Assembly (NCBI RefSeq): GCF_009914755.1
Contig: NC_060936.1
Direction: 5' to 3' (one strand)
Origin: the human T2T-CHM13v2.0 reference genome, Homo sapiens
Length of the DNA: 64,000 bases
In this document: positions 1-14,559 of the stretch, in pieces
How the letters are laid out: each line of letters opens with the position of its first letter
Numbering within the stretch: position 1 is the stretch's first letter
Made by a program: the position numbers and the translations under genes
Notes under the pieces: model-generated
Told to the model about the DNA's origin: nothing
Database searches by the model: none
What the model saw: only the letters and a program-made list of their open reading frames with translations

Positions 1-101
1 AAAGAGATAGTTTAACTTCTCTTCCTATTTGGATACCTTTTATTTCTTTCTCTTGCCTGATTGTTCTGGCTAGGACTTCCAGTACTATGTTGAATAGGAG
101 T
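1..101 (-). mobile_element. L1 ORF2 fragment cut by the window edge
   Basis: ...tttatttctttctcttgcctgattg...aggacttccagtactatgttgaataggagt is typical antisense primate L1 ORF2. Confidence 0.85.
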
Positions 102-1184
102 CCTCTCCAATGTCTTAAACATTCTTAAACCATTGAAATAAGGTTAAAATTAACTCTTAGAAATGTTTGAACAGAAAAGTAAATAAACATAGATAGATTT
201 GAGGAATGTGTAGGAGAACCAAGAAGGTCACACAAACCTTATTGTATGGGGCAGGGGTGGAGGTGGTGATGGTTATGGAATGAGGAGCTCCAGTAACTCT
301 GGAGACCTGTCTTTTCAATTTCCTACAAGGAGAGTCATTGTCCATTCTGAGGTACAAACCCACCTATTCCAGAACACTTGTATCATAACACATGCCTTTG
401 TAATTAGCAAGAATGAGATTATATTTAGTAGATTTTAAGAAAAGGATAAACTATTGTCTTTTAATTATGTTGAAAAATAGACTGTACTTGGTAAGTTAAT
501 GAAAAATAAATATTCTTATTCTAGAAAATGGTGCAGTAAATAAATTTTACGATAATTCTAAAACAGACACATTTCTCCTACTCTTAGGATTATAATATCC
601 ATTATTGAAATTAAAAATTACAAATAGTTGATTCCTGTTGTGACAAACGAGCTAGAAGAGAATTACTTCTAGCTAGAAGAGTTTTTCTAGTTTTTTATAT
701 AACCTAACAGAAAAACCCCAAAGGCTTGATGGGAGGATAATAAATATGAATAAAACGTGTAAATCAAACACAAACATTTAAAATATATATTTGTGGGAAA
801 AGAAAGCTAGAAAGATAATAATTCATTGAGTGAAATTAGTACCTTCATGTTTGCCTGGCTTATTATTTGCATTATATTGCCATCTGGAGGTAAAAGTAGG
901 TGTTGCTATCAGAAAGCCTGTATAAGATCAGATACATAAATTTACTACAAGAGATAAGAAAATAACATATGTTGTTATTTTAAGTCCAGGATCCTATAAA
1001 CCATATTTTAAGACTGAAAGGAGGATTAACTCCTTAGGCATAAAACAGTGGAGCTACAATCAAGAACCTCAATTAGTCTATCTGGTATTTCAATTTACTG
1101 ATTCTCTAGTGATGCTCAGCGCTTTCTGTGTGTTCACAGGCTGAAAACACAGGAAAGTCACACTTAGAATGATTAGGAAATGGT

Positions 1185-1708
1185 TGTGTTAGGGTTCTCT
1201 AGAGAAAGTGAATCAAGAGAACTTGTATATCATATATAGATTAATAAGAGAAGATTTATTGTGGAAATTGGCTCACATGATTATGGAGGTCAAGAAGCCC
1301 CACAGTATGCCATCTACAAGCTGGAGAGCAAGAAAAGTTGGTAGTGTTACTCAGCCCGAGTCCATAGGCCTGAGAATAGGAGCAGAGGTGGAGGTTGGGG
1401 GATCTTTGTGAGTCTTGGAGCCCAAAGGCTCAAAAACCAGGAGTTCTGATGTCTGAGGGCAAGAGAAAACAGATGTTCCCCTTAAGAAAAAAACAAATTT
1501 CCCCTTTGCCTTTTTGTTCCAACTAGGGTCTCAACAGGTTGAATGATGCCCAACCACATTGTCGAGGGTGATGTTCTTTACTCAGTCTACTGATTCAAAT
1601 GCTAATCTCTTCTGCAAACAGCATCATGGGCACACCCAGAAATAATGTTTTACCAGCTATCTGGATATCCCTTAATCCAGTCAAGTTAACATAAAATCAA
1701 TCATCACA
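1185..1708 (-). mobile_element. MLT2 (ERVL) solo LTR
   Basis: Termini tgtgttagggttctctagag...aatccagtcaagttaacataaaatcaatcatcaca, with a perfect 5-bp TSD ATGGT (1180-1184 and 1709-1713). Confidence 0.9.
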
Positions 1709-2839
1709 ATGGTTATTCTATTTTAAGGCTTCATAATTGAGCTAACCCCATGAAATTCCTATTTCTAAAAAAAAAAAGAAAAGAAAAAAATTCTTTTTTA
1801 TATGACTTTTCCAAGGTATTGTGCAGTTGCATAATAACACAAACTCTGTTGGATATGTTAATAAGAAATAGTTTATTAAACTTTGAATTGCCTCCTTTCT
1901 TAAGAAAATAATCAAGAAATAAGGCATTTTAATGATCAAAGTCTGTTTTTGTGTTAAACCTTGTTTTAGAAAGTAAAATCTTTACATCCATATGTGAATA
2001 CTCAAACATTGATGAGAATGGTAAATTGCCAAATTTTAATTGGATGGCTACTGACCAAAAATCATATAATAAATGTTAAATTTTTTAGAAAAAATATTAC
2101 TATTAGCAACATATTTGTGTTTTCTTTCTAAAATTTGGAGTGAACATAAAGGTTTCATTTTGATTAATAGTTTCTTTCATTACTAGTAAGGGCATCACAG
2201 TATCATATATCCTTATTTATAAACATTAGGACATATAGAGGAAGAAAGAAAGGCTGGGATGTATCACAAATTGAAATATTCACAACTAATCCGGGAACAC
2301 CAGGATGTATGGTGACCCTAGCAATGGCCCATATTGACAATTTCCTGAATCTCATTTTGGCCTTATATACAGGTTAGTTCTTGGAACTTATGTTAAATAT
2401 TATCTGTTATTGTATTGAAAGAAGCTAAACAGTTCATAGCTTTTTTTTTTTGCAGTAGTGCAATTTTTACCAATCCAAATGTATTTTTGGCTTTGTTAAT
2501 AGGTGGCTCATTTATTGACTGATCAACCATTAGTAATCACTCTCAGCTCGGTAATATTATTGAGAGTAGAAAATTTTACCCTGGAATACTAAAGCTAGTG
2601 TTTTCAGTTTCAAGTAGCACATTGAGGTCATGACTAATGAGATATATATATATATTTGAGTATCATACATTCATCAGAACTTTGGATAGTTACTCTTTTA
2701 CATTTTGATGTGTGTTTTTTTTAGTTTACTTGTTTTGTTCTTGTTACATAAACATCACTTGTGGTATGGAAGAGCAAGAAGACAACATAAAATCTGAGGG
2801 TAATTGAGGAGAGATGTTATTGCTCGGGCATGCGACTTT

Positions 2840-2841
<2 letters not shown>

Positions 2842-2879
<38 letters not shown>
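2842..2879. repeat. (GT)19 microsatellite
   Basis: Read directly from the sequence. Confidence 0.97.
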
Positions 2880-2882
<3 letters not shown>

Positions 2883-3582
2883 CCTGTGTTCCATCTTTCC
2901 TTTGTTTTTCCCTCTGAGAGCCAGGTGGCTTTTATTCAGTTTGCTAATTCAGTGAAGCAAATGCAGTCTTATGGTGGCCTCAGCAGTGCAGTAGTCCCTC
3001 AATATTTTCCTAATTTTTCTGATGATTGGTTTTGTTTTGTGGACAGAGATTCCTCTGGCTTTATTTAACAAGTCAGACTCCTGAAGAAAATATGGGAGGA
3101 AGAGGAACAGGTATTCCTAACATTTAAGTTAGGTAGGATTAGAGTCATTGGGTCATCTTTTGGGGAACACGCCAAGAAAGAAAATGGTATAAAATTTGAG
3201 ATTGCAAAGAAGTTAAGATGATTTTTCTGTTAACACTTCATATAAGAATGAATAATCGAAATTTCAAGTTGGAAATTTGTTAAAATAAAATTGATGGTTC
3301 AATTTAACCATCAATTTAAAATTTAAAATAATACTGAAAATTCAGATTCAATTTTGTCTGCCCCTACATCAGTGCAGGGTTATTTCAATTCCAACAAAAA
3401 CATCCACAGCTTCACAAATGTCTGTTTGATGAATCATGAGAAAAGTTACTATGCAGCTTAATCAACTTACTCTTCATTAGGCATAGTTACCTTTAAGGAG
3501 TTTGATAAACAGTATTGTTGATAGCAAACTCCATTCATGTTTTTATTTAAATTTTTAAATATTGACTACTGTTTTGTGTGAC

Positions 3583-3880
3583 TTTTTTTCTTTTTCTTTT
3601 TTTTAGATGGAGTTTCCCTCTTGTTGCCCAGACTGGAATGCAGTGGCTTGATCTCGGCTCACTGCAACCTCAGCCTCCTGCACTCAAGCGGTTCACCTGC
3701 CTTAGCCTCCTGAGTAGCTGGGAGGCATGTGCTACCATGCCCGGTTAATTTTGTATTATTAGTAGAGACGGGGTGTCTCCATGTTGGTCAGGCTGGTCTC
3801 GAACTCCCGACCTCAGGTGATCCACCTGCCTCGGTCTCCCAAAATTCTGGGATTATAGGCGTGAGCCACTGTGCCTGGCC
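3583..3880 (-). mobile_element. AluS (Sq/Sp-like)
   Basis: Poly-T tail, gagtttccctcttgttgccca, ends gtgcctggcc. Confidence 0.93.
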
Positions 3881-6800
3881 ACACATTCTTTTTTAATTAT
3901 TTTTTTTCTTTTCTAATACTCTCATAAAGCAAAATGGTAACGAGAATGAAAATTAAAATTTTGATTTATATAATGCTATTGTAATTAATATATTTGTGCT
4001 TTTCCTTTCTAAAGTAAATATTTGGTCATATAATTAGAATTTTTCATACACTTTTATAAAACATTCAGAACTTCAAAGTATATTCAAAGTAAAACTCACT
4101 GGGAAAAAAATTCTTTGGGGCATTCATATTGGGAAGTGTAAAATTCAACCACTAGATGGTGGAACTAATCCAGGTATCTATAATTAAATCATCCTCACAA
4201 AATCTCTTCTAATTTTTGAAAGTTCAGTTATTTTATTTTTCTGAGTCAATTTTTACTTTTTATTTAGTATAACATTTAATTCAGCATATTAATCATTTCT
4301 GGTTTTGTGCTTGTTCATCTATTTTTCACTCATATAGAAATTTTTATTTCTATGACCACGTGATTTAAAATGAAAGAATAGAATAAATATTTTCCCCCAT
4401 TTCAAGTGAATCATAAAATTCTCTCATTTATGACCTTTATAGTTAGCTTAAGACAAATAACGTCTGTTTTTTTTTCTTTTGGAGACAAGTACAAGATTCA
4501 GAAGATGAAAGCAAATATTTATAAAAGAAACCACAATGTATTTATGCTGTTTAGCCTTCATAATTTCAAACAATTCTGAATTTGTTGCTTCAAATGAATA
4601 ATAAATTGCAGACACAGGTATTAAAGCCATCAAGCATACTGGTTCACCATGTTGCAGACTTTAAAAAAATACAGGACAAAGGTTTACAATAACTATTTGT
4701 GCTAGCTAATGAAGAAACCTCTAGATAATCAGTTTTACATAATTTTTGTGTATATACATTTCAATCAGTAAATATCAACTACAAGGTTAGTGCAATTACA
4801 CTTGTTAGGGCACAGAGAATATTGGTATTTTTGATGAAATTAAGTCCATGAATACATATAGTAAAATGTAGAGGTTTTCAATTGGTTTACAGGAAGTCTG
4901 ATTTTTACAAAACTAGATTAATGAAAAATCACGACTGAAATCACTCTTTCAATAACAAAAGATATATTTGTATGGTAGCTAGTTTAATTGGATTTGTTTT
5001 TCAAATTTGGACATAACCTTCAACATTGTGTGGAACACAGTGAGAAGTATAATGATTTTTTCCTGAAAACCCTGTCTTTTACTATGCAAACATGCAAGCA
5101 TCAGATTTTTAATCAAACCAATTGGCTGCCATCTGTGACACTGGCAGAAAACTGAAAGTGTTGATTTATTTATTACTTGGTTTTGTTGAAAAAACTAGGT
5201 GACTCATTTATGCTAACATGGGAATCTGATTCTCAATAACTTCGGTGTTTTGTTTGTCCTTAGACAATAGAGATAATATATTCATTATGTTTCCATTTTA
5301 GTTACCTCAAGGTAAAATTTATAGAACTGTTGGACCAATTGAAAAACTTACTAAAATATGGTTTTGGGACACCTGTTGGGAACATTTACAGATCATTTTT
5401 TGGATTACATTTAGTCTTTAGAAAATATTTGATTCAATCAAACAGCATTACTTGGTATGGTGTAGAGAAAACAAAAATGTCATAACAATTTCAGTTTTCA
5501 GCCTGTCTTGTAAGATTTAACCCAAGCTACAGTGGGAAAACCACATAATTAGTCAATAAATCATGAGCCCAAAGTCTATCCTCAACCAATCTAATCATGC
5601 ACATGTGAAACAATATCAAAGACTAGAGAAACATAATTTATGACATGAGATTGAAGGTGACTCTGAATCAACAGAATTTTATTTTTCTTTTACCGTGGCC
5701 CAAGGAATGTTTGAAGTAACCTTGCTTGGGAAGCTTTGTTGAATTGACACAAACAAGCACAGAAATACACCAATAAGCACATACCAAAGTCAATTCTGAA
5801 ATGAGTTACAAAACTGTTCAGTGGTGGTCTTCCTATTGTAACAGCTGATTTCATGGCTATGTGGAACCATTGGTTGGACACATAAAATGAGAGTATGTAG
5901 ATGCGAGCCCTTTGCTGCTGGCAAAGCTTTAAAAATATGTTATTATTTTGTTATTATCTATATTTCCTCATAGCAGCTCCTCTTAAAGACTGTTAGTCAG
6001 AACTCAGTTGTTTATAAAAGAAATAGTAATAACATGCTACCTGGGCTAAAAGCAGGAAGTTGAAGAAAGTTTATGTTTAATTTTTATTTTATTTTCTTCA
6101 TCTGTAAATAAAGTCATATTATTTGTGAAAGACCAAGGCCAAGGATCTTGCCCCTCATTCTATAATGAGGTCATCTCATATTATTTATTGCAAAAATCCC
6201 AGAAATTAATTATATTTGGGTCTCATTGAAGGGCATGGGCCAGAGATATGCATACAGAAATTGTCCCTCTAGCCTTCCTTTCATGACATGCATGAACTCT
6301 AGCAGTGGCTAGAAGGAAATTAATGGTTTGGGAGGTTGAGCAACAGACTTTGAGAGTTATTATTAAGCATGCTACATATATCTGTTAGCTGTGAAGGAAG
6401 ACAAAAATTGACCTTTATCCTACTATCCTCCTTCTAGCTATGGCTGAAGATAGCTCTGTTATGTCAAATAAAACCACAGATTTTCTTTTACTGTAGAGTT
6501 GAATAAGAAAGCAAAAAAAAAAAAAAAAAAAAGAAAAAAGAAAAAAAAAATCTATCAATCCTGAAAAGAGTGAATCTAGACAGATCATATGGTAAAAATA
6601 CAAACTGAACTCCTTCAGCTAAGGGGTTAATCGGTCAGGGTAGTGCAGGTGGTGCATGCATTTAATAATAGTTTAAGATATTAAATAATTAGGTAATGGG
6701 AACCACCTTTATTTATTGGCTTTTGTTGCTTTTTCTCCAAGAAAATTTGGAATGTTTTCATCTGACATAAATTATTTTACTTAGGTTATCTTTATTTGAG

Positions 6801-6888
6801 TGAGAGACTTGTCATTAATGTACAGCAAAATTTACAAGTCACCATTCTTCCAAATACAAGACTGAATTGTTTACAGTTTTTCTAAGTG

Positions 6889-7216
6889 TTTTTTTTTTGT
6901 GTGTGTGTGTGTGTGTGTGTTTGTTTGCTTGTTTTTGTTTTGAGACAGAGTCTTGCTCTGTTGTCCAGGCTGGAGTGCAGTGGCATAATCTCTGCTTACC
7001 AAAACCTCCGACTCCCAGATTCAAGTGATTATCCTGCCTCGGCCGCCTGAGTAGCTAGGACCACAGGCGTGCTCTACCACACTCAGATAATGTTTTGTAT
7101 TTTTAGTAGAGATGGAGTTTCACCTTGTTGGTCAGGCTGGTCTTGAGCTCCTGATTTCAGGAGTTCTTGGCCTCTCAAAGTACCGGGATTACAGGCATGA
7201 GCCACCACGCCTGGCC
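6889..7216 (-). mobile_element. AluS whose tail has become a T/(GT)n microsatellite
   Basis: tgagacagagtcttgctctg...gccaccacgcctggcc, with (GT)n at about 6899-6920. Confidence 0.93.
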
Positions 7217-7875
7217 AGTTTTTAAAGTATTTCATACAGTGTAACTAGGCAGTCAGAAATACCTGTATCTCAAATTCATTTAACTTTTCAATGAATCAAT
7301 CTTCTTATTTTCTCAGACATATAAATTATCATAATACTTTACATTGAGTCTCTATGGTTGACTATATGCTGTGAAGGAAGGACATAAATACATGTGAGGA
7401 AACAATTATTGATATTTTTAAACTAACTAGAAAGCACCAAGTTATTTGTTAAATAAACAAAGTTAATTTTATCTACCTGTTCAGTAAGTGTTGGCAACTA
7501 TGAATTAATCTTTGACAAATTCACTTACAACTAGCAATTTTAAAGACTTAAAGTTTAATTTTTATTATTAAAAGGGTATGATTATTTTTACTAAAATTAA
7601 TAAAAAGATTAACTGTTACTTAATTAAAGCTCCTTCAAAAACATAAATGTATTCTTTAGAGAGTTAAAAAAAGTAGCAATAAAATACATTTTTAATTTAG
7701 TTAAGCTTACTTAACTAATGATCAAATAGATTAAGTTGTATAAAATTTTACAAACTTTATATTTTTGCATACACTTATCTTCCTGGCATTTTTGAAATAA
7801 AAAAAATACAAGTGCATAGGGCAGAGGAGGCGATTCAGTTACTTCTGCTATGTTATTAAATCTCTGGTAACCACT

Positions 7876-7950
7876 ATACAATACAATACAATACAATACA
7901 ATACAATACAATACAATACAATACAATACAATACAATACAATACAATACA
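7876..7950. repeat. (ATACA)15 perfect pentanucleotide repeat
   Basis: 75 bp, uninterrupted. Confidence 0.97.
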
Positions 7951-10900
7951 TGTAGACTCAGCATCCAAACTTTATTTTACCTTCAAGTTCTACCTGATAA
8001 AGTGGTGGAATAAAGATGGTATTTTCCATAACTGTTTAATAATAATCACATGTTTTATACCCATTGCTTTGAAGAAGAAACCTTAAGCAACTAGAAATGT
8101 CAATCTAAAAGGCAGAAAAGCTGGAAAAATCTCATGAAGACTAGAAGATTTACACTCATAAGATCATGTAAATTTATTTGGATATGCTGAAAAAAGAGGG
8201 GGTATAAAATCTAAAGTTTGGTAAATCTTTGCTTTACAGGGCTTCAAGTTATAGATTTTTCTTTTTTCCTTTTCTCTTCCCCTTTCTCTCTCTTTCTCTT
8301 TTTTATTTTTGCCATTTCTTCTCAGGAGCCCCTGCAATTTCAAACCTTGGAATTGAATTGGATTTGAGGAGGAAAACCCATATTCAGCTTTAATTCAAAT
8401 GAATTTTACTACTTTAGACAAAGGTACAACACTCTATTCAAAAAAGTTATTGAAATCACATCTTTAAATCTGACCCAGCCACTTGAATAAATAAGTTGTG
8501 TTGTAGTTTCTCAGAGCAACCGCCGCTCATCTTTCACTCACCTTAACAATTTCTCACTTTTTTCTGCTTTTTTTTTTTTTTTATTTTCTGCTTGCTGAAA
8601 TCGAGATCAATATTCATTGTTTTCTTCTGGGTTAACTCTTTTTTATGTTAACTGAATCAATTTTGGCTTTGTTTCTTTATGAAATTACTTTTAGATAAAG
8701 TATTGATATTCTCATTTATCAATTTTATTATATGTCTTTTGCTTATTAAAGGATTAAAATCCACCTCTAAACTTATTTAGATCAAGGTCAGTTTTTTTAC
8801 TCCTCTGTAGAACTGTGAAGATAATATCCTATTCTCCTTTTCTTACGGTTTTATTGTGAAGATCTGTGCAAATAGCTATATAAAATGCAATTCGGTATTA
8901 AAGAAAATTGTTGCACGGACTACATTGATTAGAGTCTAATTTTTGGAAAGTATACTTCGCCTTTTCAGTAATTTTATTTTTCGGTCTATGGTGCCCACAT
9001 TGTGTCACCAGCCAGCCGTATGCAGACTTACAAAGGACTACCCACTAAGAATAAAAACATGATACAACTTGAAGAAATTTTCATCAAACGTCTTTGTCTT
9101 ATCCCCTTGTTATACAGACAAAGATGACAAGGGCCGAAAAGGAAGTGATTTTCTCATTGAATAAGAGAATCCGAACTGGCATCGAGGATATCTAATTTTG
9201 GGATGAAAATTGAGAGAAGACAGAATTTCAAGTCTGAATTATGACTTCACTACTGTGTCGTCATTGGTAGAATAAGGATAACAATACTTATCACACAGAT
9301 TTGTGGTCTGAATCACATGAGAGACATAGATGAAAAATGTAAAACAACAATTAGCATGTGACATGCTCTCAGCAAATCAATTAATCCTTCATTCTTTTTT
9401 TCTCCCCTTACTCCTTTGATTTTCAGACTAATTTGGATCATGATTATTGGCCTGTGTCCCACCCATTATTCACATATAGAATGGGTTGCATTATCCTCTC
9501 CTTGGAAATATCTTTCAAAGTGGGTAATGAGAAAACTACTTTGAAGACTGTGCTGAAGGAAATGATGGCATGAACAACTCTAGATAATTTTTGTTTATTT
9601 GGATATAACGTGAATGGGCCCATACCATAAACTCCTATTAAGCTGAATCACCAAAAAAAAATTTGATATGAAAGTCATACATTGAAAAAATTCACTCTTA
9701 CCACTGATTTGATTGATACTGAGCCTGTAAATATTTATTTATATGATGTTTGGCACTTTATTTTATAAAACTACCCTTTACTTAAAATAAATCATTGTAT
9801 TCACATAACTTTCCAGGGCACTATGCATTTTTAAACAAGACAGTCAACTTACTATTTAAAAAACAAAGTCAGTCACCTAAATGACTTTCTGACTATAAAT
9901 TTGAAAACAATATTCTCCTTGTAATATATGTGCCACCAGGGCAAGAATTACAAATTGGGAGCAGGTAAGAAAATTGTTGTTGACTCTCATTAGTATTCTA
10001 ATTCTCCTTCAGTCAGATTTATAAAGTATGACCTATAGCATCCAACTCCATCATTTTCCAGTCATTCTTGAGACTGTCAACTCTATGGGCATTGTTTAGC
10101 AGCCTCGAAACACTGAACTTTTTACAGTCTTATTGGAGAGAAAAACACATTAAATGATCAAATAATCTTTTATGAGCTCAGAAAAAAATGCCTAACATGA
10201 ACATTTAAGCATCTTCTGTTTCTGTGATTCCCATTTTTGGAGAGTAAAAATTTAAGAAACAAAGGGAATGTGTCTGGGGATGGTACTAATAATATTGAGA
10301 TTTTACAATTTAGGTTATAATCAAGATAATTATGTATATATATAAAATTATATATGGTATAGTTTCAACTTCTAATCTTTTATCATCCTCTACCACATAA
10401 TTCCTCCTATATTCTCTTTTTCTGACTGTGGCCTAATACCTCAAGAATATTGTATATGCTTGTCACTATATAAACTTCACCCTAAGGAAATTTCCATGTC
10501 AGATACAATAAGAGCAACGGAAGAAAATGTATCAAAACACATCTCCAATTTATTTGAATTTTTCTGGCCTAACCTTGTTGGCATGAGAGTTCCCACTTTG
10601 TATTATAATAGGCAAATTGATACACACTTTTCATTTATTCTAAATAATAGATTAGCATAGTCAGGAGGCTTGGATTGGCAGCTATTAAATACAATTTGAA
10701 GCCGTGGGATTTTATTAGGATTCTAAGGTTATTCTGTGACGATGGAACTTAATGATGTAAGAGTTAATTACCCATTGTCAAAAATCATTGCCCATCAAAG
10801 CAGTGAGACTGTGTGCTGTGTCCAGTTTTATTCATTTCTTTTGTGTATCTGAATGGAACATGTGGTAAACACAACAGTAGAATATACCTACAGTCCCCTT

Positions 10901-12205
10901 AGAAACTCTTAAATCTTCAATTTATAAAAGTCATCTTAAGACGTTAAAAATAACTTACGAAAGGATAGATTCCAATGTCAGTGGGTGAGATGTGCTCTAG
11001 CTAGTGTGCATGAAAGAGAACATGGAGTTAGAATAATTATTGTAGGACTGTAGATTGTCATCTCAAGATCAGTGTCAAATACATTCATTCATGTAGTATT
11101 TTCACATGCATTCTGGTCTAAATATCCCAACATATCTTTCGTTTTGAGATCTGCAGAACAAAGTCAATGTCTGAATTTAGAGACTAATTTGACCATTTTG
11201 ATTCAAATGTCTAAAGGCTAAACCAGAGCAATTTACAACATCCAATGAAGTAAAATTATATAATTAATTATATAATTATATAATTATATAAAATTTTATA
11301 ATTAATTATAAAATAAAATATTAACAATAATTGAACATTGTTTACTTTTTTATCCTCACAACAATTCAACATGATATGTATGGTTATTACTAAATGTATA
11401 ATACATTTAGTAATGTGATTTGACAAATCACATTTGTCAAATAAGGAATGGCTGAATTAAATGATTGAATGAAGGAGTGAAGGATGTAGATTGTTTAAGT
11501 ACATTCAACTTGTAATGAACTGTAAACTTCACCCATAACATTATTAATATATCAGTGCTATCAACTACATTTTACATAGGATGAAAAAAATCATTATTTT
11601 TATTAATCCCAAGATATTTTATTTCATTATATAAATGAAATATTTTATCTGTTATAAAGACCTTTATTTTTGTTCCACTCATTAAATAACATGGTAAGAC
11701 TGTTGTGTAATTGACTGAATAGTTAAGTCTAAATGGGTAAATAGCTGTTTATGTTAGTATTGCAGGGTAGCTATTTGATAATGAAATATACTTTTCTTAC
11801 CTACTTGCAAAAAAAATTACATAAACAAGTATTTCCTAGAGTTCAAACACTGATCTTTTTAAGTGGCAAATTGTCCAAAAGAATTTAATTAATATAAACA
11901 ATAAATTCACTTAAACAACTATTTACATGCAAAAGTAATATTTTTATTGCCCATTTGGAAAATAGTTTTGCTTTCTGGTTTATAAGGAACTTTTACTAGT
12001 TTAATTACTTGGGTGCTTTAAATGTTTTTTGGAGGCTATTACAAAATCACATCCTAAAATTTTAAAATGGAAAAATTATAATAATTGAATTTTTAATTCC
12101 TCATAAATATTTTAAAAGTACACATTGTTCCATGGCTTTTGCCTTTAGAATAAATACAACATTTTTATGTAGAAATATATTCTTGAAATGTAACTAGCAC
12201 ATAGT

Positions 12206-12416
12206 CAGTGTTTCTTAACCATTTTGGGGTCCTGAAACTTTTTGATAATGATGAAAGCACAGAGATGCTATCAAGAAAAATTTACCCACATAGGAACACA
12301 CACACATACACACAGACACACACAGAGTTTGCTTATAAGCTCAGGAAGCTTAAAGATCTGCTAAAGATTATGCTTGGGTTTGCCATGAATCATAAATACC
12401 AAGTCAAATACCTTTG
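12206..12416. mobile_element. Degenerate hAT-Charlie MITE
   Basis: Begins cagtgtttcttaaccattttggggtc, has a CA-rich core, and ends aagtcaaatacctttg. Confidence 0.55.
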
Positions 12417-13971
12417 AATTTGATTCTTAACAAATCTTTGTGGCTGAGAAACCATGAGATTTCATTCTGGCATGTCCCCAGAATGTAATTATCAATGAAC
12501 AATAGCCATTGAAAAAATCTGAACAGATATTATTGAGGCTCAAGGTTGTTTAATGGCACAGATAATATAATTCAAATCATGACCCCAGGGCTGATGAAGT
12601 CTTGTTGTAACGTGTAAATGGGGTGGGTGATGGGAGAGAGAAAACAAAATAATTATTTATGTTAAATCATACATAAACAGTAAAGCCAACACAATAAGTA
12701 AAATAAGAGAAAGTAGAATGCTTGGGAGGTCATATGTTTCAAATGTATGCATACACAAAAGAGTAAGCAACAGGATACTTCAAGAGTAAAATGGGAAAAA
12801 ATCATATTGGGTAAATAGTATCACCCCAAAGTGATAGTCAAAAGTACCTATGTTTGCCTAGTTCTCAGATTACAACTATGATGATAATTTAGATAAACAA
12901 GCAGAAAACAAAACTATAGAAAAAAGTCAAAGTGACATAAAACAATTACTGGTGTTTCAACAGAAATAAACCCAACATCAGGATTTATCAAATATATGAA
13001 AAATTATGAAAGATTATAAAACACCAATGATTAGATTATGTTATAAAGACACTATGAAGAGATACTAAATGATATTCTTTTCATCTGTGGTTACTGCTAA
13101 AAAATTCTTTCATAGAAATTCTTGGATTTTGAAATTAGTTTAATTCCAAAATATTTTCTTTATTTTGCAAAAATGTAAGACAAATGTATAGGATATTTTT
13201 CTCTGTTGTTATGCAAGGATTTATTATCACATTGGCCACAGAACACATAGAATGTTAGTTTTGTAGAAAATTTTAGAGATTTTAATACCAGGATGAAATA
13301 ATAGTATCATTCTATTTCAGGTTCTTAAGCAACATTCCTAAGACTAGAACCTTATCTTGAAAAATTATGATTTTAAACTTAAGGGAATTCAGGTAAAGGA
13401 AATTGACTAGGTTAAGGCAAATACATCATGTTTACTGGTAAAGATAACATTATTTAAGGAAGGTAAGATACTCTTATCCTACATATACGCCAGAAAAATT
13501 GCTTCTCCTCTGAAAACTACCATTATTTTTGCCAAATATTGTAGCTTAGTTTTAAGTTTTTCTCGGCTGTTTCTTCTGACAGTTCTGTGGTAAAGAAGAA
13601 ACATTATAGGAAGCATTTTTTTTTCCTACAGAGTCTGCCATATGGAGAAGTAGAATGAGAGGCCACCTAGGTAATGTGATTTATTAAAAGTTCTCCATCC
13701 CAAAATATATGTCCCATCTGTGGGCTAATGTCTGAAAGTCCTATGATTAAACTCACTTTTATGTAAGATAGTGAGGCCCCAGAGAGCCCTCGAGAAATGC
13801 AAATAAACTATTACTGACCTCCCTTGGATTATGATGAAAACCGTGGAGTCTTTCTATTCTCTGTCAAATGTGGAGGTCATGGATCCTTCTTGGCACCTAA
13901 GATTAAAACTCATAGAATGTGCTTTAACTTCTGTAGGCACATTTCCTTTCCAATTAGAGTGAGGTGTTGAA

Positions 13972-14078
13972 TATTTATTTATTTGTTTATTTTTATTATA
14001 CTTTAAGTTTTAGGGTACATGTGCATAACGTGCAGGTTTGTTACATATGTATACATGTGCCATGTTGGTGTGCTGCAT
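13972..14078 (-). mobile_element. Short L1PA 3' end
   Basis: ttattatactttaagttttagggtacatgtgca...catgttggtgtgctgca preceded by a T-rich tail. Confidence 0.92.
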
Positions 14079-14177
14079 CTTAAGAGAAGACTATTTATAA
14101 AATTTATTGCTTGTAAGATTTGTTTTTTGTTCTCTTACTATTATGAAAATCACGAACTTGGGAATAAGGACACTCTG

Positions 14178-14559
<382 letters not shown>

